In this document: in pieces, positions 1-11,263 of the stretch
How positions within the stretch are numbered: position 1 is the first letter of the stretch
Layout of the letters: every line of letters begins with the position of its first letter
Assembly: GCA_001938485.1 (NCBI GenBank)
Contig: MQRK01238145.1
Span: forward strand, 1 to 54,721
Direction of reading: 5' to 3'
Source: Girardia tigrina
Taxonomy: Eukaryota
Length of the DNA: 54,721 nucleotides
Notes under the pieces: generated by a model
Told to the model about the DNA's origin: nothing
What the model saw: only the letters and a program-made list of their open reading frames with translations
Databases searched by the model: none
Made by a program: the position numbers and the translations under genes

Positions 1-1591
1 ATAACAATTTGAATTTTTTAAACAAATATTTTTGAGGAACTTTTGTACTTTCTTTTTTTTACACAACCAATATAAATAAAAATAGATATAAATAAAAATA
101 TGGTTAATATATATTTTTTACAAATTAAAATTCTATTTTTCTTTAATAAACATTTATAGTGAATTAAAATTTTGTCACAAAGATTTTGTTACGTCTTTTA
201 TTAATTTTTCAATTTTATGGTACATATAAATTTTCCTATTTCTCAATTACATTTTCTAAAAAAATTAAAATCGCATTTTTTATTTAAGTCAATTTAATGG
301 TTTTATAATTATTTTTTAATTCCAATTTTAATTTCCAAAAAATTATAATTACATTTTCCAAAAAAATTATAACCACATTTTAAATTTACTTTGATTTAAA
401 AGTTACAAAAATGGTTTAGTTTACTTTTATTTCGCAAATAAAATATCAAACTTAAATTACTTTTTATTTCATTTCAAATAAATATTTTCATCAAATTTGA
501 AATTAACTTTTTTACTTTATAATGCATTTTTACATAAATCTTTTAATAACCCTACCGTAAAATTTATTCTATTTCTTACTTAAATTAATTTTTTACATTA
601 AATTTCTGAAAATCTTATTTTAACATATTTATAACAATATTTTACGGAATGTAATTGTTTATTTAATAATTTGATAAGCTTCAAAAATTTTATATTTTAT
701 GAACGCTCCCGACAATTTTCATTCATTTATTTATTTCTATAAAAGAGTTCACTGAAACACTTTTCAGTTAACTCTTTTAAAAATGTCTAATCGATACGAA
801 AGGAACACAAAAAATAATTGTCAGTCTTCCTCAGCTATGTGTTTTAGTTATCAAAACGGACGAATTCTTTTCATAAAGAATGAGAACAATATTTCAAAAC
901 CGACCGGTGACGACACTTTCAATTTAAATGTCTCAGGAGATACTCTACGGGCAAACAAATCTCGATAATCACAAAACACAAATTTCTTTATTCTGCTGAC
1001 AACAGAATAGCTCATGTCTCGAGTAAACAAAAGCATGAAACATAACAATGCCCCTCAATCATTCAACAGATTATAACCTGTCGCGTTCGATCAGGGGGAA
1101 GAGTCAACAGATTGAACTAGCAATCTAAAAGACAATGTTCCCGAGTTCTAGTAGAGCTACCCGAGATGAAACAGGTCGAGTTAAATATTGAGATCAAGAC
1201 TTTACGATTTTTAGGTCACTTCTCGTCGGAAAAATTAATGGTGAAATCCACCATTCATAAATAAACGATTTCTCTGAAAATCTTTTAATATTTACTTCTG
1301 CTATGTAACAGAACTTCAATGGAAACCACAAACCGGAAATCGGTTGAATAAAGACTTCATCCCATTAAATCTATAATTACACATATGACAGAAATAAAAT
1401 ATTTTGTTTCAATATATCCGTTAGATTAATGATTATTTGATAATTATTTTTCAAATATTTGCTTTTGTCAGATGTTCTTCTGATTGATGATGATTTGTGT
1501 CAAGAGTTTTGTATCAATCAAATGCACTTTAAAGATGAATAGATTCTTTAACTTTATATTCTCAACATGACGAATTGTTCCTAATTATCTT

Positions 1592-2055
1592 TGTGAGGAA
1601 TATTTGAATGTTTGTTGTTTTGTGTTTGAATGTGTATGTTGATTTGGAATTGTGTCTCTCCTACCCAGATGGATGATTAATATTTGAATTCTTATTATCT
1701 AAAAATATGTAATGTTTAAATTTATTTATTATTTCAAATATTTTTACAATTTTAAACAAGTTAATTTTAAATAATTAGTTTTTACAATTTTTAATAAATC
1801 AAATTAATATTTTTTAAATAATTAATAATCATTTTAATTTCTATCCAATAAGTTTTTAGTCAATATTTTATTAAAATATTTATTTCCACATTTACTAAAA
1901 AATAAAAGGAATTAATTCATTAATCAATTTAGTTTAGAATGCAATCGTACGAAAGCTTTGACAAAGATTGTCTTAAGGACAATCAAAATTGCTATTTAAA
2001 GAAAAATATGAAAAGCCAAATTGGTGTTCTTAATAATCGTCTTTTGAATAATTAA
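1592..2055 (+). repeat. Bipartite cassette family, copy A (module 1 1592-1685; module 2 1921-2055)
   Basis: TGTGAGGAATATTT...CTCTCCTACCCAGATGG...ATTAATATTT at 1592-1685 matches copies at 2529, 19886, 22534, 41511. The downstream block aligns without gaps to the module-2 blocks of copies B, C, E. Confidence 0.85.
1939..2055 (+). CDS. Candidate micropeptide MQSYESFDKDCLKDNQNCYLKKNMKSQIGVLNNRLLNN (38 aa), cassette copy A
   Basis: ATG at the same position as in the other copies; C-x6-C spacing shared with copies B and E. Coding status unproven. Confidence 0.3.
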   Translation: MQSYESFDKDCLKDNQNCYLKKNMKSQIGVLNNRLLNN

Positions 2056-2528
2056 AATATTTATGGATTAAGTTATTATTTCTTTAAAAAACGTTTTTGT
2101 AATTGTAATTAAAAAAGGTTTTAACTAATCTTTTTTATCAGTAATTTTTGACTTGTAAAATGAGGATTCTTGTCTTCCAATTTCGAAACCTGAAATCATT
2201 ATTCAAATATTCTTAGAGGACGCTTGATGGATAACAGGTACACAAACAGATAGATCAAAAAATTAAGGTTGCATTGAACAAATTATTTACAAAAACACGA
2301 GATAAGAAAACTTAACGAAGAAAACATTTAAGAACACAAAACAATAAAAAATTTAAGAAGACTGTCTTCAAGAATATAAATAGTGTCAAAGTGGTTTTAA
2401 AGCTCTATGCTTCTATCGAATATTCCTATCGAATAAATCGAAAATATTTTGTTGATTACAAGCTAATCTTGTTTATAAATTTTACTGTCACGGGTGTATT
2501 CTCGTACATTTGAGAGACAAATCGCCAT

Positions 2529-2953
2529 TGTGAGGAATATTTTTGAATGGTGTCTATTGTGTGTTGTTTGGTATGTTGTTTTAGGATTGTATTTCTCTCA
2601 CCCAGATGGAGGATTGATATTTTATATATTTTAAAACGTTATATTATTTAATCAATTATGAAAATTTAAACAACTAATTTTAAAATTAAATTAATATTTC
2701 ATAAATAAAATTTTAATAATAATTTTCTTAAAATAAATAAAATTATTTTTTATTTAAAGTATAAATTATTTTTGTAATAATTAAATTTTAATTTAAATTT
2801 GTTTGAATAATAAGACGTTAAAGAATATGAATAAAATAATTATCAATCAAGAACGATTACGAGCTACGCAAGTTTTACGAAGAATTGTTCTACTGGCTAT
2901 TCATATTGTGATACAAATAAATGTAGTGAAAACTCACTAAATTTTCTTAATAG
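2529..2953 (+). repeat. Bipartite cassette family, copy B (start codon reads ATT; 3' end abuts a Penelope fragment)
   Basis: Near-identical to 41511-41933 over modules and spacer; TATCAATCAAGAACG at 2841; ATT at 2856 where C and E have ATG. Confidence 0.92.
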
Positions 2954-2954
2954 C

Positions 2955-3360
2955 CATCTCAAAACCAGGATTAGTGAGCATTCACAATCAAGTTGATCGA
3001 GTGAGGTACTTGATCATTGGTTACTTTGTACACATAATCTCTTCTGTTTCAAAGGATGAGTTTTCTTTTTATAGAAGGCCTTTGATTCACACTATGAGCG
3101 GCAGTTCTGTTAATTATTATTAATAAGACACTCTAACCCATTAATAAACATTCAAATTTGACATTCAAAGCCGTATCAAATCTTAAATTTTTTATTTAAA
3201 ATTTTAAAAACATTTTGCAATTATTATCCAATAATATCTTAAATTAAGAAAAATAAATAAATAAATTATCCATTTAAAATAAGTTTATAAAAATGTAACA
3301 TTAAAACTAACAAATATAATTTGTGATGATAGAAAAAGAATTTCCTAAACATTTACAATA
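2955..3360 (+). mobile_element. Penelope-like retroelement 3' fragment (GIY-YIG endonuclease remnant plus 3' region)
   Basis: Translates HLKTRISEHSQSS*SSEVLDHWLLCTH..., homologous to the GIY-YIG ORF at 31358-31660; followed by a decayed hammerhead motif at 3319-3359. Confidence 0.8.
3319..3359 (+). ncRNA. Decayed minimal type I hammerhead ribozyme (Penelope-associated)
   Basis: ATTT-GTGATGA-TAGAA-aaagaa-TTTCC-TAAA-CATT-TA-CAAT; homologous to 31173-31214 (-); core deviates at C3 and G12. Confidence 0.45.
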
Positions 3361-4409
3361 ATTAATATCAATTTTGATATAATTTATTTGTTATTATTTT
3401 AAATGATGATTGAACGAAGTTTCATTCTTTTTCAAGATAATTTAGATTTACAAAAGGAAGAAGGATTGTGATAATCATTACATATTTCTCTCGGAAATAA
3501 GAATGACACTATTAGATCCTCTTGAGTCTGGAATAACTAATGTGCTCATATCTTCATCTGATGAACCGACATGGTAAACACATAATTTTTGATGGTCCTT
3601 TCGAACTACTATTAGGAAAGACAAATGATGGCAACAAATGTTATAAAACATTTATTGCAACAATTTTATTTATAAAAATTATTAGTGCAAAATTAAGTTT
3701 ATAAAATAATTTAATAAATAATCATAAAGTACAATATTGTTTCGTTCATCTTTTCAGAAAATGTTTACGTATCTATCAATGAAATTATTTGATTTTATAA
3801 AAATTAATATTCTTATATTTTTTGTTCATTATTTTTAGTTAATTGTCATAATTTATTTCTGTTATAACTTATTAGAAAAATAACTGATTAGATTAACATA
3901 ATTACTTGATGCATTAATTAATCATGAAAATAAAATTAATAGCCTTTACATATAAATAATCAATAAAATTAATTTTTATCTAAAAGAATTAAAGGTTTTT
4001 AATAGTTTTGATATTTTTACTAAAGACTCATATTCTAATTACCGCTTGAGCACCACTTATATCGCTTTCCAACAGCCATCAAACTTTTGTGAATACATAA
4101 TTACAATCTCGATAGGTTTAGCCCAATTTATCAATGGAGAGGAATAATAATTTTTACAAATCTGAAATTAGGAATTCAAACATTTATTATAAATTAAAGA
4201 TATAATGACGAATTCTACAAGGATTGTCTGGAGTTTCGACAGAATTTCCTTATGAAGTTAAGAACCATTTCTCTTATATTTATTCATATATTGTAAGTCA
4301 AGCATATTTTTCTCATCTTAAACTTATTAATCAGAAAATGCAAATCATACAAAATTTTTCCAGAAATAACTATTTTAATTATGACTATTGTTTTAATTTC
4401 CTATATATA

Positions 4410-5569
4410 CAGGGTGTCCCAAAAATATGTATACACATTAAAAATTTAATTATATTGATTAAAAAAGTAAAAATAAGTACGAGTAATATTTATTTATATT
4501 GGTCACAGTTTGTTCTCAAACTGACGTCCATCTTGATCCAGACACTTCTGACAACGCGAAGCAATGGAATCNNNNNNNNNNNNNNNNNNNNNNNNNNNNN
4601 NNNNNNNNNNNNNNNNNNNNNNNNNNNNNNNNNNNNNNNNNNNNNNNNNNNNNNNNNNNNNNNNNNNNNNNNNNNNNNNNNNNNNNNNNNNNNNNNNNNN
4701 NNNNNNNNNNNNNNNNNNNNNNNNNNNNNNNNNNNNNNNNNNNNNNNNNNNNNNNNNNNNNNNNNNNNNNNNNNNNNNNNNNNNNNNNNNNNNNNNNNNN
4801 NNNNNNNNNNNNNNNNNNNNNNNNNNNNNNNNNNNNNNNNNNNNNNNNNNNNNNNNNNNNNNNNNNNNNNNNNNNNNNNNNNNNNNNNNNNNNNNNNNNN
4901 NNNNNNNNNNNNNNNNNNNNNNNNNNNNNNNNNNNNNNNNNNNNNNNNNNNNNNNNNNNNNNNNNNNNNNNNNNNNNNNNNNNNNNNNNNNNNNNNNNNN
5001 NNNNNNNNNNNNNNNNNNNNNNNNNNNNNNNNNNNNNNNNNNNNNNNNNNNNNNNNNNNNNNNNNNNNNNNNNNNNNNNNNNNNNNNNNNNNNNNNNNNN
5101 NNNNNNNNNNNNNNNNNNNNNNNNNNNNNNNNNNNNNNNNNNNNNNNNNNNNNNNNNNNNNNNNNNNNNNNNNNNNNNNNNNNNNNNNNNNNNNNNNNNN
5201 NNNNNNNNNNNNNNNNNNNNNNNNNNNNNNNNNNNNNNNNNNNNNNNNNNNNNNNNNNNNNNNNNNNNNNNNNNNNNNNNNNNNNNNNNNNNNNNNNNNN
5301 NNNNNNNNNNNNNNNNNNNNNNNNNNNNNNNNNNNNNNNNNNNNNNNNNNNNNNNNNNNNNNNNNNNNNNNNNNNNNNNNNNNNAATTTTCTTTCTTCGA
5401 AGTTAAGCCTGCATGCCATTCCTATGATAGGGACTGAATCTACAAAAAACCTATTTATGTTAAAAAAACTATTTATATTAAATATAATGAAAATTAAACA
5501 TAAATAAAATTCAATAAAATTCAATAAAATTAAATTTTTAATGTGTATACATATTTTTGGGACACCCTG
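4410..5569 (-). mobile_element. IS630-Tc1-mariner transposon (rosa/DD41D-like ends), centre in an assembly gap
   Basis: Perfect 42-bp TIRs CAGGGTGTCCCAAAAATATGTATACACATTAAAAATTTAATT (4410-4451 / 5528-5569) with TA on both sides. The minus strand gives N-terminal MACRLNFEERK and C-terminal DSIASRCQKCLDQDGRQFENKL*. Confidence 0.9.
4572..5384. other. Assembly gap (N run)
   Basis: 813 N; ORFs spanning it in the ORF track are artefacts. Confidence 1.
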
Positions 5570-5571
5570 TA

Positions 5572-6302
5572 TACTACTGGACAAAATATTTGCAATTACA
5601 TTTTCGTGCATTTTTAAAAGTTTTAGGTAAATTAGTTCTTTTTTAAACTAAAGTCAACCTATTGATGTATTATAATATACATTGACACATTTGTTTGNNN
5701 NNNNNNNNNNNNNNNNNNNNNNNNNNNNNNNNNNNNNNNNNNNNNNNNNNNNNNNNNNNNNNNNNNNNNNNNNNNNNNNNNNNNNNNNNNNNNNNNNNNN
5801 NNNNNNNNNNNNNNNNNNNNNNNNNNNNNNNNNNNNNNNNNNNNNNNNNNNCATTCTTTAATAATAGACACACATTTTCTTTAAAATGTCTATATAAGTT
5901 TGATAAAATACCAAACTCTTCATCATTGATTTTATCCACTTCATGACAAATTCCAGACCATAGTGACTCTTCGCCATCAAATTGTGGACCATTATATAAT
6001 CTCTGCTTAATAATACTCCAGACTTTCTCTATAGGAGATAAGTCAGGGCTATGAGCTGGCCAGGGTAATAAGTCTACTTTTTCAGCAGTAAGCATCTCAA
6101 TGGTTTTCTTGCTTGTGTGCGCACGCGCGTTGTCTTGTTGAAATAAAAATGAATTTATTTCATTCTTTAGCAACAGAAATATGTCGTCCTTCAACATATC
6201 ACAATAGGAATTAGAATTAATGGTGCTTTCAACTCTTCTAACAAGCAATGGTTCATCACGGCTAATGCAACCCCAAATCATTATCGAGCCACCACCAAAC
6301 GG
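5572..6302 (-). mobile_element. 5'-truncated Tc1-family (DD34E) transposon
   Basis: PFGGGSIMIWGC...FQQDNARAH...WPAHSPDLSPIEKVW, with 34 residues between the catalytic D and E. Tc1-like end TACTACTGGACAAAATATTTGC at 5572. Confidence 0.9.
5698..5851. other. Assembly gap (N run)
   Basis: 154 N. Confidence 1.
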
Positions 6303-6477
6303 TCATCTTGCACACTGTGTTATTATCTTTGCTATACTATATAATTGAAAAATAATTTTGTTAAAGCTTTTTAAAGAAATTGATTATTGTATATGTTTTC
6401 GAACTTCATTTTCCATTATCAGCAATTATAATTTATTATGAGAGATAATACAATGTTAATTTCTTTTTTATCTTTAT

Positions 6478-8067
6478 GACAATTTCATCTGAGATTAATA
6501 ATCTCGAACTGTTATATTTAAAAAGGTAAAATTTTAAGAAGTATTATTTTCGATTACTTTTTTAAAATTATGCTATTTTTTTGTTTAAAAACATTTTGAA
6601 ATGCTCTTTTTTATAAAATCGCTATTATAAGTACGTGATTTTTTTGGTTTTTTAAATTTTCCTTTTACAATATTAATGTAATATTATTTGTTTTGGTTTT
6701 GTGTCGTCATGAATATAAGAAAATTTGTAATTCCTAAATCAGATCTGGATGTTAGAGGAAAGTAATTACAAGGAGGTAAATACTTCTAAATCTAAGTATA
6801 ATGACGACAATATTAATAAGCAACTGTGATGATCCTGGATTATTCCGGTGTTTCTGTTTTTTGCACTGTCGTGATAAAGCAAGTTCAATAATTAATAGGT
6901 TTGCTACCGTAGTTACCATCTTAAAAATATTAGTTTTAAAATTCGTCTCAGTGTCTACCCTGTGAAGATTAAACACTGTTGAAAGCTTCTATACATGACC
7001 TTGTACTTGAACAATATCTAAATGTTTTGCTTCAAGTATTTGTGAAACAGGTTCAAGTAATGACGAATATGAAGAAATTATTTTTAAACAAAATAAAAAT
7101 GTTGATGAATTGCACGAACAAAAGAATTGATGACCTCTCTGTCTGTTATTTCCATTGGATATCGTGGCCCAAGATTCCAACTGATTAAAAATATGTTTAA
7201 AATTTTCAAAAGATATCCTAATACTCTTGTATTTACTAGTTCAACGAGTTTCACAAAATAAAGGTATGTTTCCAACTAACGATCTTCTTATAGAACTTCT
7301 ACGAAAGAAAGTGATCAGCTTTAATAGTTGCTATAGTATTGAGAATCTATATATATATATATATATATATTTGGATCATTGGCTACTAAATTCAGCCTGT
7401 GAGAGGTGCAATGAACAAAAGCAGCTTTAGGATATTTTTTCTAATAATTGCTTGAACCCCATTTTAGATGAAAGTTTTGGGGAAACAGAACACAATAAAT
7501 GCAAAGGACTTTTCGTTGTGAGGAATAAACCAACCATTGCGAGTACTGAGAAAACCAAGTACGCTTAAAAATTCGTTTTTTTTCAATTACGTGTTCATTG
7601 AAATGGTAATTTTCTGTTGGTTTGAAAACCTTCTTCAATAACTGATGTCTAAGTTCAGAAGAAACAGGCTTTGATTTTGCTTCAATATAAAATCTAATAT
7701 CGCAATTGGAGTCAGATTCATTGTTACCTGACAGTTGTTTATTAATATTGTCGTAATTATACTTAGATTTAGAAGTATTTACCTCCTTTCCTCTAACATC
7801 CAGATCTGATTTAGGAATTACAAATTTTCTTATATTCATGACGACGCAAAACCAAAAGAAATAATATTACATTAATATTGTAAAAGGAAAATTAAAAAAA
7901 CCAATAAATTTACGTACTTAGTGATTTTATAAAAGCGCGTTTTAGAAAGTTATTTAAACAAAAACAATTAAGATAATTACAAAATTAAATCAAAAAATAA
8001 TAATTCTTAAAATATACCTTTTAAACTGTTTGAAATTTCGAGATAATCAAACCCAGACAAAATTGTC
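6478..8067 (-). mobile_element. hAT (TTF-zinc-finger, ZMYM1/THAP12-like) transposase remnant with an inverted duplication of its 5' end
   Basis: ORF 7441-7839 contains RIFKRTWFSQYSQWLVYSSQRKVLCIYCVLF (TTF ZnF). 6830-7275 (-) gives LEPVSQILEAKHLDIVQ and ELALSRQCKKQKHRNNP, typical of hAT mid-regions. Arms 6478-6827 and 7731-8067 are inverted copies. Confidence 0.8.
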
Positions 8068-8114
8068 CTAAATGTAAACTATTGCATCAAAAAAAAGAAT
8101 TTTTATATCCATTC

Positions 8115-8229
8115 TTTATGCAAACAGAACTCTATTTTGCCAACAAAATTTTAATTAAAAAAATATTTTCAACAAAACAATAAAAAATTAAAAAATTCTG
8201 TTTGCCAAGCAGAGTTTTGCCTGCATAAA
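8115..8229. repeat. Small fold-back / MITE remnant
   Basis: TTTATGCAAACAGAACTCTATTTTGCCAACAAAATTTT is an imperfect inverted match to AAAATTCTGTTTGCCAAGCAGAGTTTTGCCTGCATAAA. Confidence 0.55.
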
Positions 8230-8907
8230 CTTCTTATAATATAAACTACTTATAATTTATAATTAGATCTTTTTCAATTAATTTTGTTCAGGTACTCTGA
8301 TGGGACCGTTTCGTTCCAATTATGAGACCTTAAAAAGTTTTTTTTATCAAAATTTCACATTATTATTTATTGTCAATGAAAATGAGTAAATGTGCTAAGT
8401 TTGGAGAAAATCGAGTAAGTAAAATGCCTTAAAAAATAGGTTTCTAAATTCCATAGATACATATATCGATACATATAGATACATATATAAAAAGCATTCT
8501 AATAAAAAGAATCGAAAAGAAATTTAATGATCTATCTAATAAATTTGTTATTACAGAAGTGTTGGACAATTTTCAAAAATTAATGTTGTCGTAACTCTAT
8601 AATTTAAGAATTAATATTTATGATAAATTAAATTTAAAATTGTTAAAATTTACATTCTTAATTACTAATAAATTTGCATCTCATATTTTTTGTCTTTTTT
8701 TATTCAAATATATAAAATTTTTAAACATTAATAGATAATTCATTAACTAAATTTATTATTGCAATTCATTTCCGTGCATATTTTTTTAATTTAACATAAA
8801 ATAAATGAATCTTTTCTTCATGTTATTTCTATATACACATATTAATACATATGTTTAGCTTAGTATCTAACAGTAATGAAAATTCTATTCATAACAAAAA
8901 ATACAGC

Positions 8908-8950
8908 AATAATAATAATAATAATAATAATAGTAATAATAATAATAATA
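8908..8950. repeat. (AAT)n microsatellite
   Basis: Direct reading. Confidence 0.9.
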
Positions 8951-10251
8951 AAAATAGTAAAAATAATAATAATATATTTAAAATATTAAGAAAGCAATAA
9001 TAAAATATTAAGAAAAGATGAAAAATATTTATATGTATCATTGTCTAAAGGATTCAACATTAATTAAATTTCCTGGAATTTGCAGGGATAAATAACGAAC
9101 AAACGTAGAAAATTTGATATCTTAGTCTTTGAAGTGTCACAATTAATTATATATTATCATATAACAATATTTTATATAAAGCTTCATTTTTGAAACATAA
9201 ATATAAGAATTATATATGATAATCAAAATTGATGTATAATATTTCAGTTTTTTTAATCATTTGTTTGATTAAATTTTCATCTCAAATTCTAGAATAATTA
9301 AAATAATTAAAAATTTCAGTACGTAAATATATAAAAAAATATAATTATTAGTCTCTATAAAACAAAGAAAACCTAAAAAAATAAAGGTTCTTAAAAATCA
9401 ATATTTTTTACTTGGATCAAAATTGTTCTTCTCATAATAACTTAAGAAAAATATAAAAATAATAATTAAACAATATAAAAATTGTTTAAACATTTAACTA
9501 ATACATCAAAACAGCACAAATTTTATTTATTGTGGAATATTTTTATCTGGACACTTCTACTCCCCCAAGACAACCACGTTGACTGAACTATATCAATCTC
9601 TCCTTAAGTTATATTTTTAGATCAAATTACAAAATGATAAACAGATCTGCAATAATTTTAATCTGAAGATAAACATTGAAAAAATAAAGTGTTATTTTTG
9701 TTTAAATGATTACAATTGTTGAAAAGAGAATTAATAGGAATCATTTAAATATTTTTATTTCTGATGTTTCTCTTCTTTTTTTCCTCTTCATGATCCATTG
9801 AAATAGCTTTGAAATAAATCGAAATAAATTAAATGTTTCTTTCAATATTTTAAACTAAAAAATAAATTGTTTTGAACATATTGAATGGAAAAGTAAAACA
9901 TAATATAATATTAAATATATAAAGGCGCAATTTTCACAAAAAAAATTTATTATCAAAAACAATTAATTTTGATTATATAACCGTCATCGTCAGGTCATAA
10001 AAGTAGTTTTAAATCTGCTTATATAGACAAACTGTGATTACGTACTGGATGTATAATTAAGTAATCTAAAACCACTCAATAGGGTTGGAGAGAGACCCGT
10101 TTGCACCTAATCTTAGGATATAACGATTTGATAAAACAGACCATTCTCTCAAAATAATTATTAAACTGAGTACACAGAATTTTAAAATTATTTATTTAAA
10201 TTAACATATTGTTATTTATTAATTTTAAAAATATTAAAATAATATTAAATA

Positions 10252-10903
10252 CTAGAAATAGACCCGTCATATATGACGGCTGAGCTGAATTTTCGTTTCT
10301 GTTTTAATTCTTAAATCTTAATTATCATAATTTATTATTTATTACTTTGAATTTTGTGTTGATAAAACAGTCGGTCAAGTAAGTCAGCTACTAGCGTCAT
10401 TCGTGGATGGCACTGCATAGACAGAACCGTCTTGGTGCGGGTTATCCAAATTGACCCTGTGTTTACGTCGATTCACTGAGGTCCCTCCGCAATTTTGCAT
10501 TTTATTTGTTGATATTATTTTTTAATAACAAAAATTTGTAATTTCTACAAAATTGATTTTCAGTAATATAATTAGTATATAAGTGATAAAAATCGTCCTT
10601 TATCAAATAAATTAGTATTTTATTAATGTTTTCAAAAAAGGTTTCACGAGATTCCTTGTAGGAATCATCCAAATCGTCATTATTCGAAATCGGTGTTAAT
10701 TTAACCATTAAACGACTTGGACGATTTTGTCAGCTTCCGAGCGACTTTCGGCCAAGACGCTGCACCGACAGAATTGTATTGATGCAGGCTATTCAGAATG
10801 ACCACGTCCTTAAATGAATTCACTCCGGTTACTCCGCAATTTCACATTTAAAAGCGTGAGCGACAAACAAACAAAACACACTTTTTAGATAAATATTATA
10901 TAT
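10252..10903 (-). mobile_element. Non-autonomous Helitron, copy 1
   Basis: Minus-strand 3' end ...CCGTCATATATGACGG (16-nt palindrome 10264-10279) lies 12 nt before the end of CTAG|T. (GTTT)n near the 5' end. Homologous to 27720-29147. Confidence 0.8.
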
Positions 10904-11263
10904 CAAAATAGTTTTTTAAATTAATTCCGATAAATCTAGAAGTTCTTTAGTCAAGGAGCATTTTTTGTACTCTTATCAGAGAAAAATCTAAATCTATATT
11001 AACTTTTATTTCAAAACAATTCATGTATATTTGTTTATTTAATTTTATTTAAGGACCTGAATATTGATAAAAATTTTCAATTTTTCAACTTATTTCTATT
11101 TTTCAAATTTAATTTTTTTCTGGTGTTTCATGAAATTTTAAAATATTTTTAAGTTTTCTTACTTAAAAAGTACTTCTCTAGTTTTAAAAGTTTTGTCAAG
11201 TACTATTATAAGTTTAATTTTTTTGACGTGGAGTAAACCCCTTACTAGAATGAATAACAAGTA

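Noticed and set aside
1608-1676. Module 1 as a signal-peptide exon (MFVVLCLNVYVDLELCLSYPDG; MMFIVCCLVCCFRIVFLPPRW in copy E)
   Set aside because: The open frame differs between copies, each frame has stops in at least one copy, and no conserved splice donor follows.
3540-3600. CTGATGA-ACC..GGT-AAAC as a hammerhead ribozyme
   Set aside because: G12 is missing, there is no valid UH cleavage site with paired stems I and III, and no second copy.
4224-5946. Long ORFs of up to 427 aa in the ORF track
   Set aside because: They run through N gaps and are artefacts.
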